The notes beneath the pieces are model-generated. The model was not told where the DNA came from. It made no database searches and worked only from the letters and a program-made list of their open reading frames with translations. Below are positions 11,471 to 23,904 of a stretch of 64,000 bases of DNA, piece after piece (position 1 is the stretch's first letter; the number at the start of each line of letters is the position of its first letter). Source of the DNA: Centroscyllium fabricii (lineage: Eukaryota); assembly GCA_051313645.2 (NCBI GenBank), contig JBNRSN020000001.1:571764001-571828000 (forward strand). Reading direction: 5' to 3'. The translations under genes were made by a program, and so were the position numbers.

Positions 11471-13149
11471 GGAAAGTCATAGTTGTTTCCTTATGACCTG
11501 TCAATTCTCTAACCTAGGGGCATGCGCATTACCTATCCTACAATAAAATGGTGCACTACCTGCCTGAACAAAAGGTCAAAAAATATTGGCTAAGCCCATC
11601 AGAGAGAGCTGATAGAATGAATGATGGACAGTACCAAAAGCGATTGTCAAGATAATGAAAATGTAACGTCCCTCATTACCTTCACCTATACCCTGTGTGA
11701 TTCCTCTATCACTAAAATTTGGAAATTAGCTGATATTTAACTCTTCAGCCTCGGTGTATTTTAATCAAAGAATTGGTGTCAGTGACCCCAATAGAACTTT
11801 GGCAAAGAACTTGTTTACTATGTTAAAGGCACTATACGAGTGCAAGTTATTGTTTGTTGTTTGGGGCGTGGGGATCCAGTGAACAAGGGTGGAATCCGCA
11901 CAGACCAGCCTGATACATACAGCACGGTGATAGCGCTATTTGAGATAGCAATCAAACTTATCAGTTGATAAAATGAAGTAGATTTGTACACTTATTTATA
12001 CAACACCCACAACTTACATTTACAGGCCAACTGGTCTGTGCCAGTGTTTATGCTCCACACGAACCTCCTCCCACCTACTTCATCGCACCCTATCAACATA
12101 TCCCTCTTGTGTTTATCTAACTTCCCCTTAAATGCATCTGTGCTATTCTATTCACCTCAACTACGCGTTGTGGACTTTGCAACGGTAATTTATTTTTATT
12201 ATTCAAAGGTGCCATTCATGGCCAATCAAATTGCCAAAAAACAAATTTCCTCTAATAGTTTCTGCTGGACATATTTATTTGGTGGCTTCATGAGCCATTG
12301 ACTATAAATGTCGAAAATTTAAATTTATAACATAACAAATGCATAAAAATAGATAATGCTCACAGAAATCTTAGCCATAAACCTACCTCATGAATCCCTG
12401 TAGAGGTTTCCTCTTCACAGGCCTGTTACCATCTCCGCAGCCTGGGACGGGAGTTCCATTAGGTTCCCAGTTACGGCCGTGGGCTTGCCTGCAAATTCTT
12501 CTCAGTTTCTCAACATAGTCTACTTGGTTACAGCCTGCGACTGTGAGGAGGCTACTATTCATATACCTAGTAGGGTCGCCAACTCTGATTGGATGTATTC
12601 CTGGAGGTTTCATCACATGATCTCATGCTTCCAACTGCCCCGCCCCCATACTCCCGCCATTGGTGGCCCAACACGTCCATCTTCACGGCCCCCGCCTTCT
12701 CACAACAAATGTAAAGTGAACAGAATCTTTGGGGGAACTTTAACCCCAAATAACGATGGGACAGGTGGGAAGTAAAAATGTAAAAAATCTCAAACCTGCC
12801 CACTTCCAGTTTTAAGACAGGCGAGATTGGGGCGACCAATCGGCTCATTGGAGGCGGTTCCCTCATTTAAATATTTCAATGAGGCTGCGTGCCTAAGATT
12901 TTATCTGTGTTTCAGGCTTAATGCTGGCCAGCTGGGTTTCCCAGGCCTCCGGAAACCCGGCAGTTAAAGGGAGGCAAGGACTGCTGCATGGAAGAGGCAA
13001 GGGCTTTCCAGCACTACTTGTTGTCCAGGAGGAGCAGGAGTGCTTCTCCCCGGCCCACCAAGCAAACTTGTTAACCTCCCCAGCTATCGAAACCCCCCAC
13101 CACAGTCAGCGACTATCCCCCCACGATCGCAAACTGCCCCCTGCCCTAC

Positions 13150-14522
13150 GATTATCAACCCTTTATCTCTCTCTCCGACCCCCTATATCCCAACACCCCA
13201 TCTCTCCCTCCGATCTCTCACCAAACCCCCCATCTCTCCCTCTAATCTTTCACTGAACCCCATCCCACACTCCGATCTCTCCCCGACCCCCCATCTCTCC
13301 CTCCGATGTCTCATCGTTCCCTCCCATCCCTCTCTCTGATCTCTCCCCGACCTCCCATCTCTGCCCCTGATCTCTCACCGAGCCCAACATCCCTCTCTCC
13401 GATCTTTCCCCAAACCCCCATCTCTCCCTCCGATGTCTCATCGACCCCTCCCATCTCTCTCACTCCTCGATCCCCCATCTGTCCCTCTGATCTCTTACTG
13501 AGCCCCCCCCCCCCCCAATCTCTCCCTTCAATCGTTCATAGAACCATAGAAACATAGAAGATAGGAGCAAGAGTAGGCCATTCGGCCCATCGAGCCCGCT
13601 CCAGCATTTAATGAGATCGTGGCTGATCATTCAAATTCAGTACCCTGTCCCTGCTTTCTCCCCATATTCCTTGATCCCTTTAGCCTCAAGAAATATATCC
13701 AACTCCTTCTTGAATATATTTAATGGATTAACCACCACCGCCCTGTGTGGCAGAGAATTCCACAGGTTCACCACTCTCTGGGTGAAGAAATTCCTCCTCA
13801 TCTCTGTCCTAAATGGCTTTCCCCTTATCTTTAGACTGTGAACCCTGGTTCTGGACTCCCCGACCATCGGGGATATCCTTCCTGCATCTAGTCTGTCTAG
13901 CCCTTTTAGAATTTTGTAAGTTTCAATGAGATCCCCTCTCATTCTTCTAAACTCCAGCGAATATAAGCCTAATCGACACAATCTCTCCTTCACTGACGCA
14001 TCCCTCTCTCTAATCACTCTCTCCAATCACTCCTCCACCCCCCATCTCTCCTTCCAATCTTTCACTGAACCCTGGCCCTCTCTCCAATCTCTCCCCAACC
14101 CCATCTCTCCCTCCGATCACTCCCCGAGCCCCATCCCTCGCTCCGATCTCTCCCCGACCCCATCACTCTCTCCGATTTCTCCCCGGCCCCTTCCCTCTCT
14201 CCGATCACTCCCCGACCCCCATCATTCTATCCGATCTCTCCCCGACCCCATCACTCTCTCCGATCTCTCCCCGACCCCTTCCCTCTCTCCGATCACTCCC
14301 CGGCCCCCATCATTCTCTCCGATCTCTCCCCGACCCCATCACTCTCTCCGATCTCTCCCCGACCCCTTCCCTCTCTCCGATCACTCCCCGACCCCCATCA
14401 TTCTCTCCGATCTCTCCATGACCCCCATCATTCTCTTGTATCTCTCCCTGACCCCTATCCCTCGCTCTGATCTCTCCCTGACCCATCTCTCCGATCTCTC
14501 CCCAAACACCATCACTCTCTCT
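13150..14522. repeat. CT-rich degenerate minisatellite (~27-29-bp unit CCCCATC..TCTCCGATCTCTCCCCGA), split by a CR1 fragment
   Basis: Visible tandem units at 13150-13536 and 13995-14522. Confidence 0.85.
13537..13990 (-). mobile_element. CR1 LINE 3' end
   Basis: ORF 13637-14026 LGLYSLEFRRMRGDLIETYKI...FFTQRVVNLWNSLP; tail (TTCTATG)n on the minus strand. Confidence 0.9.
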
Positions 14523-14524
14523 GA

Positions 14525-16776
14525 TTTTTCAGTGTTATGCGTCAGATTGAGTGTTTTGGCGGTGTGGAGAAATTTCTGGAGGTTGGCGTCATGGTCCTGC
14601 TGATCGTGGCCGCAGGTGGTCACGTTATCGAGGTACGGGAAAGTGGCTCGCAGCCCGTACTGATCGACCATTCGGTCCATCTCCCTTTGGAAGACCGAGA
14701 CCCCATTCGTGACGCCAAATGGGACCCTGAGGAAGTGGTAGAGGCGGCCGTCAGCCTCGAAGGCAGTATCGAGACGGTCCTCTGGGTGAATGGGAAGCTG
14801 GTGATACGTGGACTTCAGATCTATGGTGGAGAACACCCGGAACTGCGCGATCTGATTCACCATGTCCGCTATCCGGGGGAGGAGGTATGCGTCTAACTGG
14901 GTGAACCGATTGATGGTCTGACTATAGTCCACTACCATCCGGTTCTTCGCTCCGGTTTTCACCACCACTACCTGCGCCCTCCAGGGGCTATTTCTGGCCT
15001 CGATAACCCCCTCCTTCAGGAGGCGCTGCACCTCGGACTTCATAAAGTCCATGTCCCCAGCACTGTAGTGCCTACTCTTGGTGGCAACGGGCTTGCAGTC
15101 TGGGGTGAGGTTGGCAAAGAGCGAGGGAGGGGCGACCTTAAGGGTCGAGAGGCCACAGGTAGCGCGCCGGGGGTGCTGCGCCGAGCGCCGGTTGCTGACC
15201 GTGAGCGAGGGAAGGGGCCCACCGTACGCCATGGTAACGCTTTGGAGATGGCACTGGAAGTCCAGACCCAATAGTAATGGAGCGCAGAGCTGCGGCAGCA
15301 CGAAAAAGCTAAAGTTACTAAAGTGCACGCCCTGCACTGTTAGAGCCACTGCGCAACGCCCGGAGACGTCCGCAGATTCCGATTTGGAAGCTATTGAAAT
15401 CTTTTGGCTCGCTGGCATAACCTTAAGAGAGAGGCGCTTTACTGTCTCAGGATGAACAAAACTCACCATGCTCCCACTGTCGAAAAGGCACACCACATCC
15501 TGTCTGTTCACTCCCGATTTCCCGAGTGATTGGGCCTTGATTTCCCGAGTGATTGGGCCTTGTTCTGGTCCAGAGTCACCGATGCCAATATTGGATCAGA
15601 CGATTCACCTTGATCCGGCGAGAAGTCCTCCGGGGCCGGTTCCCAAGATGGCTGCCGCCATGCGGTGTACTGCGGAGGCGGTGGCTGGGTCCAATATGGC
15701 GACTGCTGCCACGCGGGGTGCTGAGTGGGGGATGGTTGAGTCCAATATGGCTGCCCCCATGTTCCACACGCGGCGCTGCTCAGTTTCGGTTTAGGGGCTG
15801 TGATCGCCTTACAGACTTTGGCGTAATGTCCCTTCTTTCCACATTTTGAGCAGGCCGCTTCTCTTGCTGGGCAGCTGCGTCTCGGATGCTGAGACTGCCC
15901 GCAGAAGTAACATTTTGCCGTCTTAGCGTGAGCGGCTGCGATCATTTCTTCCGCCGGCCGTTGTGCCGGCGCTGTCCAAGATGGCGGGGCTGGGCCCGTA
16001 TAGTTGCCGGAGTATGACGATAGGTTTAGTGAGGCCACGTCCAGTGCATTGCCCAGATCCGCTGTTGCCTGCAGGTCAAGGCAGTTCTGTTCTAACAGCC
16101 TCTGTCTGATATAGTCCGACCTGAGGCCTGTAACATATGCGTCTCTGATTAGACTGTCCACATGGATCTGGGCTGATTGCGCTCTGCAGTCACAGGCCCG
16201 TGATAGCAGTCTCAGCGCTCTTAAAAATTCCACGCTGGACTCACCAAGAATGATGATGCGTCCACGATCATGGAGTACACCTGAGGGCCCACCCAGGCGT
16301 TGAGGAGCCGCCGTTTGTCCTCTTCGGTCCTGACGACCGCTGCGTTCGCTCTCAGGTACGCATCGAAACAGTCATACCAGTGCGAGAATGTGTTCGATGT
16401 GCCTGGTGTCCGGGGATCCAATTCAAACATTGCTGGCTTGAGCATTGCGTCCATCTTCAAAATTTAGCGAATAAAATTGTGACCGAAATAACGACCTCGT
16501 GGACGAGTAGTTAGAAGGGCGAAACAATACGGCTTTTATTCGCTAAATGGTGGACATGCACCAGCTAGTCGACCGTCCCCAGGAATGGCCGGGGGATGGG
16601 AGACGGCCGCTTATATACCTCCTCCTGGGAGGGAGGAGTCGCGGGTGGAGCCAGCGTGGGCATGTCCAGTTAATCGCACAACAGGTTATGTACAACATGA
16701 ATAATGGTACGATTACAGAGATACATATATATATACAACGGGGTGGGTATATACAAGGAAACAGTGGTTTACCACA
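14525..16776 (-). mobile_element. Gypsy element B1 (Mag-like), 5' LTR plus gag-PR-RT, 3'-truncated
   Basis: LTR 16478-16776 nearly identical to the B2 LTRs; Gag CYFCGQSQH..C/CSKCGKKGHYAKVC, protease LFDSGS, RT YLDN; ends abruptly at the CT minisatellite; internal deletion in gag. Confidence 0.92.
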
Positions 16777-16864
16777 ATGCAAACATGCAATCTCCCAAAG
16801 AAACAATAGATATTAAAATGTCCTCTCCTGTAAGTCCCAGTCTGGTCCAGAACGCCCCCCTGCA

Positions 16865-17250
16865 CCGGCCACGACGGTCCTGATGCTCAGGCCCCGACGG
16901 CCCCAATGCTCCTGGCCCCGATGCTCAGGCCACGCAGGCCCCGATGCTCCTGGCCCCGATGCTCAGGCCACGCAGGCCCCGATGCTCCTGGCCCCGATGC
17001 TCCTCGACCCGACGCTCAGGCCACGCGGGCCCCGATGCTCCTGGCTCCGATGCTCCTGGCCCCGACGCACAGGCCACGCAGGCCCCGATGCTCCTGGCCC
17101 TGATGCTCCGGCCACGACGGACCCGACGCTCAGGCCACGCAGGCCCCGAAGCACCTAGCGCCCGGCCATGACGGCCCCGACGCTCCAGCCCCGATGCTCA
17201 GGCCACGCAGGCTCCAGCCACGACGGCCTCGATGTTACCGGCGCCTGGCC
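16865..17250. repeat. GC-rich tandem repeat built from GCCCCGATGCTCCTG / GCCCCGATGCTCAG / GCCACGCAG modules (~38-bp unit)
   Basis: Direct visual tandem repetition. Confidence 0.85.
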
Positions 17251-17378
17251 ACGCTCAGAACCAGTACGGGGACCAGCGGACATCATTTCCTTCGGAGACG
17301 CAAAGCCGCTGTGTCTATGCGCACCGCCATCTTGCTGAATTTCTCTGCTGGCTCCCATCCAATCAGATATCACTTCAT

Positions 17379-17982
17379 GAGGGAAAAATTGGGACGCTGA
17401 CTTCGTCGGGACGCTAATTTCAAATTCACCTGTAGCACCCCAAGAGGGAGGCAGGTTGCTACTGCGTTGCGGTACTGCAAGTGTTCGTCCCCTTATTAAA
17501 GGGGAGGAGCCTAGTGCAGCACAACCTGGGGCCCAGCTGGGCCACGAGGAATCAGAGTGCCAGCAATGGAGCCCGGCACTCAAGAGAGGTGCCGGGCTCA
17601 CGGAGGGCAGGTCACGAGGCCGGGGCCAGCAGAGGGGGCAAGTGCTGGCAGGCGGCCAGCAACAAAAATGGCCACCCGGCCCCTCCTCTTTAATTAGCGC
17701 CGCCTCGGCTGCAGGTCGGCCCCCCGAACCCATCGAACGTAGTGTCCGGAGGTAAGTCAGGGGCGCTACTGAAGATCGCAGCCAGGGTGCGAGCAGGGTG
17801 CTGCGCAAGGCAATAACGGCGCAGCACGACGGGGCGCTTATGGCTACCACTGCCGCTAACCTCCTGCTGAATTTTGCGGGAGGCATTGGTGGTGCCGCGC
17901 CCAGACGCTAGTTGCTTTGCGCTCCATTAGCGACCCTCTTAGGTCGCTAACGGGAGGCACAAATCAACCGAATTTTTAGGCC
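17379..17982. mobile_element. Harbinger-like non-autonomous DNA element (GGGxAAAATT-type termini)
   Basis: Imperfect TIR GAGGGAAAAATT/AATTTTTAGGCC; internal similarity to 43021-43788 and 51582-52349. Confidence 0.6.
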
Positions 17983-18489
17983 TATGTTTTTAAAGTCCTC
18001 TATCTTCCCCCACCCCTGTGGTATACACAATACCTGATCCTGGAACAGCATTTAGCTGATTATCAAATCACTGCTGCCACAATAACAATTGACTGTCGCA
18101 GCATTGTGATACCTCTGGTACATCCACTCAATTGCCAGCCCCATAGCTCTTGGTCCTGATGTGATTGATTGTCAATGTCAGTTTTCAATCTAGTTTGTTT
18201 ATTTTTTTTTAAATGAAGGCATCCCCATTCAAAATATTAACCCATCTTCCTCTCGCAGATGCTGCCTGGCCTGTTGTATGTCTACAACATTTCCTGGTTC
18301 TATTTCAAATGTATGGTTTATCTTTTAGTCTCGGGGCATTATGAATATGCCTATTGATCTAACAGAACTAATAATCTCTGAGACATGTAGGCATCAAGTT
18401 TTTTGTTTTCCCTCAAGCCAGGACATATGAATATTGTGATAATATTGTGACCTAGGCACCGGATTCGGACACAATAAAGGCATACCCAG

Positions 18490-21400
18490 TGTGGTAAACC
18501 ACTGTTTCCTTGTATATACCCACCCCGTTATGTATATATATGTATCTCTGTAATCGTACCATTATTCATGTTGTACATAACCTATTGTGTGCGATTACCT
18601 GGACATGCCCACGCTGGCTCCACCCGCGACTCCTCCCTCCCAGGAGGAGGTATATAAGCGGCCGTCTCCCATCCCCCGGCCATTCCTGGGGACGGTCGAC
18701 TAGATGGTGCATGTCCACCATTTAGCGAATAAAAGCCGTATTGTTTCACCCTTCTAACTACTCATCCACGAGGTCGTTATTTCGGTCACAATTTTATTCG
18801 CTAAATTTTGAAGATGGACGCAATGCTCAAGCCAGCAACGTTCGAATTGGTTCCGCGGACACCAGGCACAGCAAACACATTCTCGCACTGGTATGACTGT
18901 TTTGATGCGTACCTGAGAGCGAACGCAGCGGCCGTCAGGACAGAAGAGGACAAACGGCGGCTCCTCAACGCCCGGGTGGGCCCTCAGGTGTACTCCATGA
19001 TCGTGGACGCATCATCATTCTTGGATGCTATAAGGATCCTCAAGGTGGAGTACAACCGGGCACCCAATATCGTCCACGCCAGACACATCCTAGCCACCAG
19101 GAAGCAGCAACCCAGTGAGTCCAGCGTGGAATTCTTAAGAGCGCTGAGAGTGCTATCACGGGCCTGTGACTGCAGAGCGCAATCGGCCCAGATCCATGTG
19201 GACAGTCTAATCAGAGACGCATATGTTACAGGCCTCAGGTCGGACTATATCAGACAGAGGCTGTTAGAACAGAACGGCCTTGACCTGCAGGCAACAGCGG
19301 ACCTGGGCAATGCGCTGGATGTGGCCTCGCTAAACCTATCGTCATACTCCGGCAACTATACGGGCCCAGCCCCGCCATCCTGGACAGCGCCGGCACAATG
19401 GCCGGCGGAAGAAATGATCGCACCCGCTCACGCTAAGACGGCAAAATGTTACTTCTGCGGGCAGTCTCTGCATCCGAGACGCAGCTGCCCGGCAAGAGAA
19501 GCGGCCTGCTCAAAATGTGGAAAGAAGGGACATTACGCGAAAGTCTGTAAGGCGACCACAGCCCCTAAACCGAAACCGGGCAGTGCCGCGTGTGGAACAT
19601 GGGGGCAGCCATATTGGACTCAGCCATCCCCCACTCAGCACCCCGCGTGGCAGCAGTCGCCGTATTGGACCCAGCCACCCCCCTCCGCAGTACACCGCAT
19701 GGCGGCAGCCATCTTGGGAACCGGCCCCGGAGGACTTCTCGCTGGATCAAGAGGAATCATCTGATCCAATATTGGCATCGGTGACTCTGGACCAGAACAA
19801 GGCCCAATAACTCGGGAAATCGATGATGCCGGTGGGAGTGAACGGACAGGACGTTGTGTGCCTTTTCGACAGTGGGAGCACGGTGAGTTTTGTTCATCCT
19901 GAAACAGTAAAGCGCCTCTCCCTTAAGGTTATGCCAGTGAGCCAAAAGATTTCAATGGCTTCCAAATCGGAATCTGCGGACGTCTCCGGGCGTTGTGCAG
20001 CGGCTCTAACGGTGCGGGGCGTGCACTTTAGTTACTTTAGCTTTTTCGTGCTGCCGCAGCTCTGCGCTCCATTACTATTGGGTCTGGACTTCCAGTGCCA
20101 TCTCCAAAGCGTTACCATGGTGTACGGTGGGCCCCTTCCCCCGCTCATGGTCAGCAACCGGCGCTCGGCGCAGCACCCCCGGCGCGCTACCTGTGGCCTC
20201 TCGACCCTTAAGGTCGCCCCTCCATCGCTCTTTGCCAACCTCACCCCAGACTGCAAGCCCGTCGCCACCAAGAGTAGGCACTACAGTGCTGGGGACATGG
20301 ACTTTATCAAGTCCGAAGTGCAGCGCCTCCTGAGGGAGGGGTTTATCGAGGCCAGTAACAGCCCTTGGAGGGCGCAGGTAGTGGTGGTGAAAACCGGAGC
20401 GAAGAACCGGATGGTAGTGGACTATAGTCAGACCATCAATCAGTTCACCCAGTTAGACGCATACCCCCTCCCCCGGATAGCGGACATGGTGAATCAGATC
20501 GCGCAGTTCCGGGTGTTCTCCACCATAGATCTGATGTCCGCAAATCACCAGCTTCCCATTTGCCCAGAGGACCGTCTCTATACTGCCATCGAGGCTGACG
20601 GCGGCCTCTACCACTTCCTCAGGGTCCCGTTTGGCGTCACGAATGGGGTCTCGGTCTTCCAAAGGGAGATGGACCGAATGGTCGATCAGTACGGGCTGCG
20701 AGCCACTTTCCCGTACCTCGATAACGTGACCATCTGTGGCCACGATCAGCAGGACCATGACGCCAACCTCCAGAAATTTCTCCACACCGCCAAAACACTC
20801 AATCTGACGTATAACACTGAAAAATGTGTGTTCAGTACCACCCGCCTGGCCATCCTCGGCATTGTTGTGGAGAATGGAGTCATCGGTCCTGCCCCGGACC
20901 GCATGTGTCCCCTCCTGGAGCTCCCCCTCCCCCAATCCCCCAAGGCCCTTAAACGGTGCTTGGGTTTCTTTGCCTATTATGCCCAGTGGGTCCCCAATTA
21001 CGCGGACAAAGCTCGCCCACTGCTTAAATCCACCTCATTCCCCCGTCAGCAGATGCCCGCGCGGTGTTCTGCGGCATTAAGGACGACATTGCAAAGGCAA
21101 CGATGCACGCCGTGGACGAGTCCGTCCCATTCCAGGTAGAAAGCGATGCATCGGACTTTGCCCTGGCCGCCACACTTAACCAGGCGGGCAGACCCGTGGC
21201 CTTCTTCTCGCGTACCCTCCAGGGCCCCGAGACCCGCCACTCCTCAGTCGAGATGGAGGCCCAGGCCATCGTTGAAGCAGTGCGTCACTGGAAGCACTAC
21301 CTGGCCGGCAAGCAATTTACCCTGCTGACTGACCAACGCTCAGTCGCTTTTATGTTCAACAACAAAGAGCGGGGTAAAATCAAGAACGACAAGATATTAA

Positions 21401-23151
21401 GGTGGAGAATTGAGCTCTCGGCGTTCAATTACGATATCTTGTACCGGCCCGGGAAATTTAACGAACCCCCAGACGCCCTATCCCGCGGTACAAGTGCCAG
21501 CGCAAAGTCAGACCGCCTCCAAACCCTACACAATGACCTCTGCCACCCGGGGGTCACCAGGTTGGTTCACTTTGTGAAGTCCCGCAACCTCCCCTACTCC
21601 ATCGAGGAGGTCAAGACCATGACCAGCAATTGCCAGGTCTGTGCGGAGTGCAAGCCGCACTTCTATCGGCCAGACCGGGCGCATCTGATCAAGGCCACTC
21701 GCCCCTTTGAACGACTCAGCGTCGATTTCAAAGGACCCCTTCCCTCCTCCAACAGGAACGTGTACTTCCTCAACGTCATTGACGAGTACTCCCGCTTCCC
21801 CTTCGCCATCCCCTGCCCGGACATGACCTCCGCCACTGTCATCAAAGCCCTCCACAGCATCTTCTCCCTGTTCGGCTATCCCAGCTATATCCATAGCGAC
21901 CGGGGGGCGTCCTTTATGAGTGACGAGCTGCGTCAGTTTCTGCTAGCCAAAGGCATCGCGACTAGCAGGACTACCAGCTACAACCCCCGGGGGAACGGAC
22001 AGGTAGAGAGGGAGAACGCCACTGTCTGGAAGGCCATCCTGTTAGCCCTACGGTCTAAAGGCCTCCCAGTCTCCCGCTGGCAGGACGTCCTCCCTGAAGC
22101 GCTCCATTCCATCCGGTCCCTCCTGTGTACAGCCACTAATGCCACCCCTCACGAGTGACTTTTTGCCTTCCCCAGGAAGTCGGCTTCCGGGACCTCGCTA
22201 CCATCGTGGCTGCTATCCCCGGGACCAGTCCTACTACGGAAGCACGTGAGGGGCCACAAGGCAGATCCCCTGGTCGAACGGGTCCACCTCCTGCACGCCA
22301 ATCCCCAGTACGCCTACGTGGCGTACCCCGACGGGAGGGAGGACACCGTGTCCATCAAGGACCTGGCGCCAGCGGGAGCCCCCAAACCCAGCCCCGCCCA
22401 GCAGCCCGCGCACCCAAAACGGCCAGCCACTCCACCCGGGCCACCGCGGCCAGCCACTCCACCTGGGCCACCGGCGCCAAGGTACGCTCCCCGGCACGAG
22501 AACCCAGCATCCCGGTACATCCACCCGGCACCTGCGGGCAGCACGGCATGGCCTCCAGCATGGCTCCACTGTACACGCCGCCTAGAGTCAGACGACGAGG
22601 GAGAGAGCACGCCTCCTACTGTCACTGCAAGGGCACCAACCAGAAACCAACCGACGCTATCAACCACCGCTCGCCAACCGGCATCATCACCATCGATGCA
22701 ACCAACCCGACCGGCCACTCCACGACCGCTGATACCACCAGCGGTGCGACGCTCAACCAGGATCACCAGGCCGCCGGAGCGACTTAATTTGTAAATTAAA
22801 AGAACTGTCGCGTTCACCCCGCCGGACTTTTGTTTTAAAGAAGGGGTGAATGTGGTAAACCACTGTTTCCTTGTATATACCCACCCCGTTATGTATATAT
22901 ATGTATCTCTGTAATCATACCATTATTCATGTTGTACATAACCTATTGTGTGCGATTACCTGGACATGCCCACGCTGGCTCCACCCGCGACTCCTCCCTC
23001 CCAGGAGGAGGTATATAAGCGGCCGTCTCCCATCCCCCGGCCATTCCTGGGGACGGTCGACTAGATGGTGTATGTCCACCATTTAGCGAATAAAAGCCGT
23101 ATTGTTTCACCCTTCTAACTATTCGTCCACGAGGTCGTTATTTCGGTCACA
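18490..23151 (+). mobile_element. Gypsy element B2 (Mag-like), full length
   Basis: 301-bp LTRs 18490-18790 and 22851-23151 (TG..CA, ~4 differences), 5-bp TSD CCCAG, PPT AAAGAAGGGG; no tRNA PBS. Confidence 0.95.
18814..22794 (+). pseudogene. gag-pol: gag-pol of B2 with frameshifts and nonsense codons
   Basis: Double CCHC knuckle, DSGS protease, YLDN RT, ESDASD RNase H, HHCC and DFKGP/SDRG/E integrase spread over ORFs 18808, 19823, 21064 and 22246. Confidence 0.9.
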
Positions 23152-23156
23152 CCCAG

Positions 23157-23420
23157 CAAGCACATGGGAACATCCACCACCTTCAAGTTCTCCTCCAAGT
23201 CACACACCATCTTGACTTGGAAATATCTCGCCATTCCTTCATCGTCGCTGGGTCAAAATCCTGGAACTCCCTCCCTAACAGCACTGTGGAAGCACCTTCA
23301 CCACACGGACTGCAGTAGTTGAAGTCGGTTCACCGCCACCTTCTCAAGGACAGTTAGAGAGGGGCAATAATTGCTGCCCTTGTCAGTGATGCCAACGTCC
23401 TGTGAATGAATTTTTTAAAA
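23157..23420 (+). mobile_element. CR1/L2-group LINE 3' end fragment
   Basis: Similar to the 3' end of the LINE at 29290-29548. Confidence 0.7.
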
Positions 23421-23904
23421 TATACCCTTGATTTATGCAGCCCTGTCACTCAGCATTTGCTTTATGAACTTTGCAGCTTATTCATTGATTTTGAGCAGGT
23501 GACATTGCGAGAAAGTGCAGGCAGCTTGCAGTGACAGGTGCAAGTGCAAGAGGTTTGAAGGAAGTCCTGTTGTGAGGGAAGATAGCAAGGCTATGCGAGA
23601 GAGTGTGTTTGAGAGAAGTCAGCGCAGCGGTGACACAGCATTTGTTGTACTTTCCAAAATAAAACTGATCTAAGATATAAGCAACGACTGGAAATTTGGT
23701 GTGTGTCATGTCAGGGGAGGACAGGATTGAGCTCCGCATTGCTGAACCCTCACGCATCAAGGATGGCATTCGGCCTAAGTACCATCAATATATAGCCGTC
23801 ATAAATATAAGATAGTCGCTAATCAATCCTATAAGGAATTCAGGAGAAACTTATTTACCCAGAGAGTAGTGAGATGTGGAATTCGCTACCACAAGGAGTG
23901 GATA

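Noticed and set aside
13926-14603. Pro/Ser-rich 225-aa ORF
   Set aside because: Translation of the CT minisatellite bridging CR1 and Gypsy sequence.
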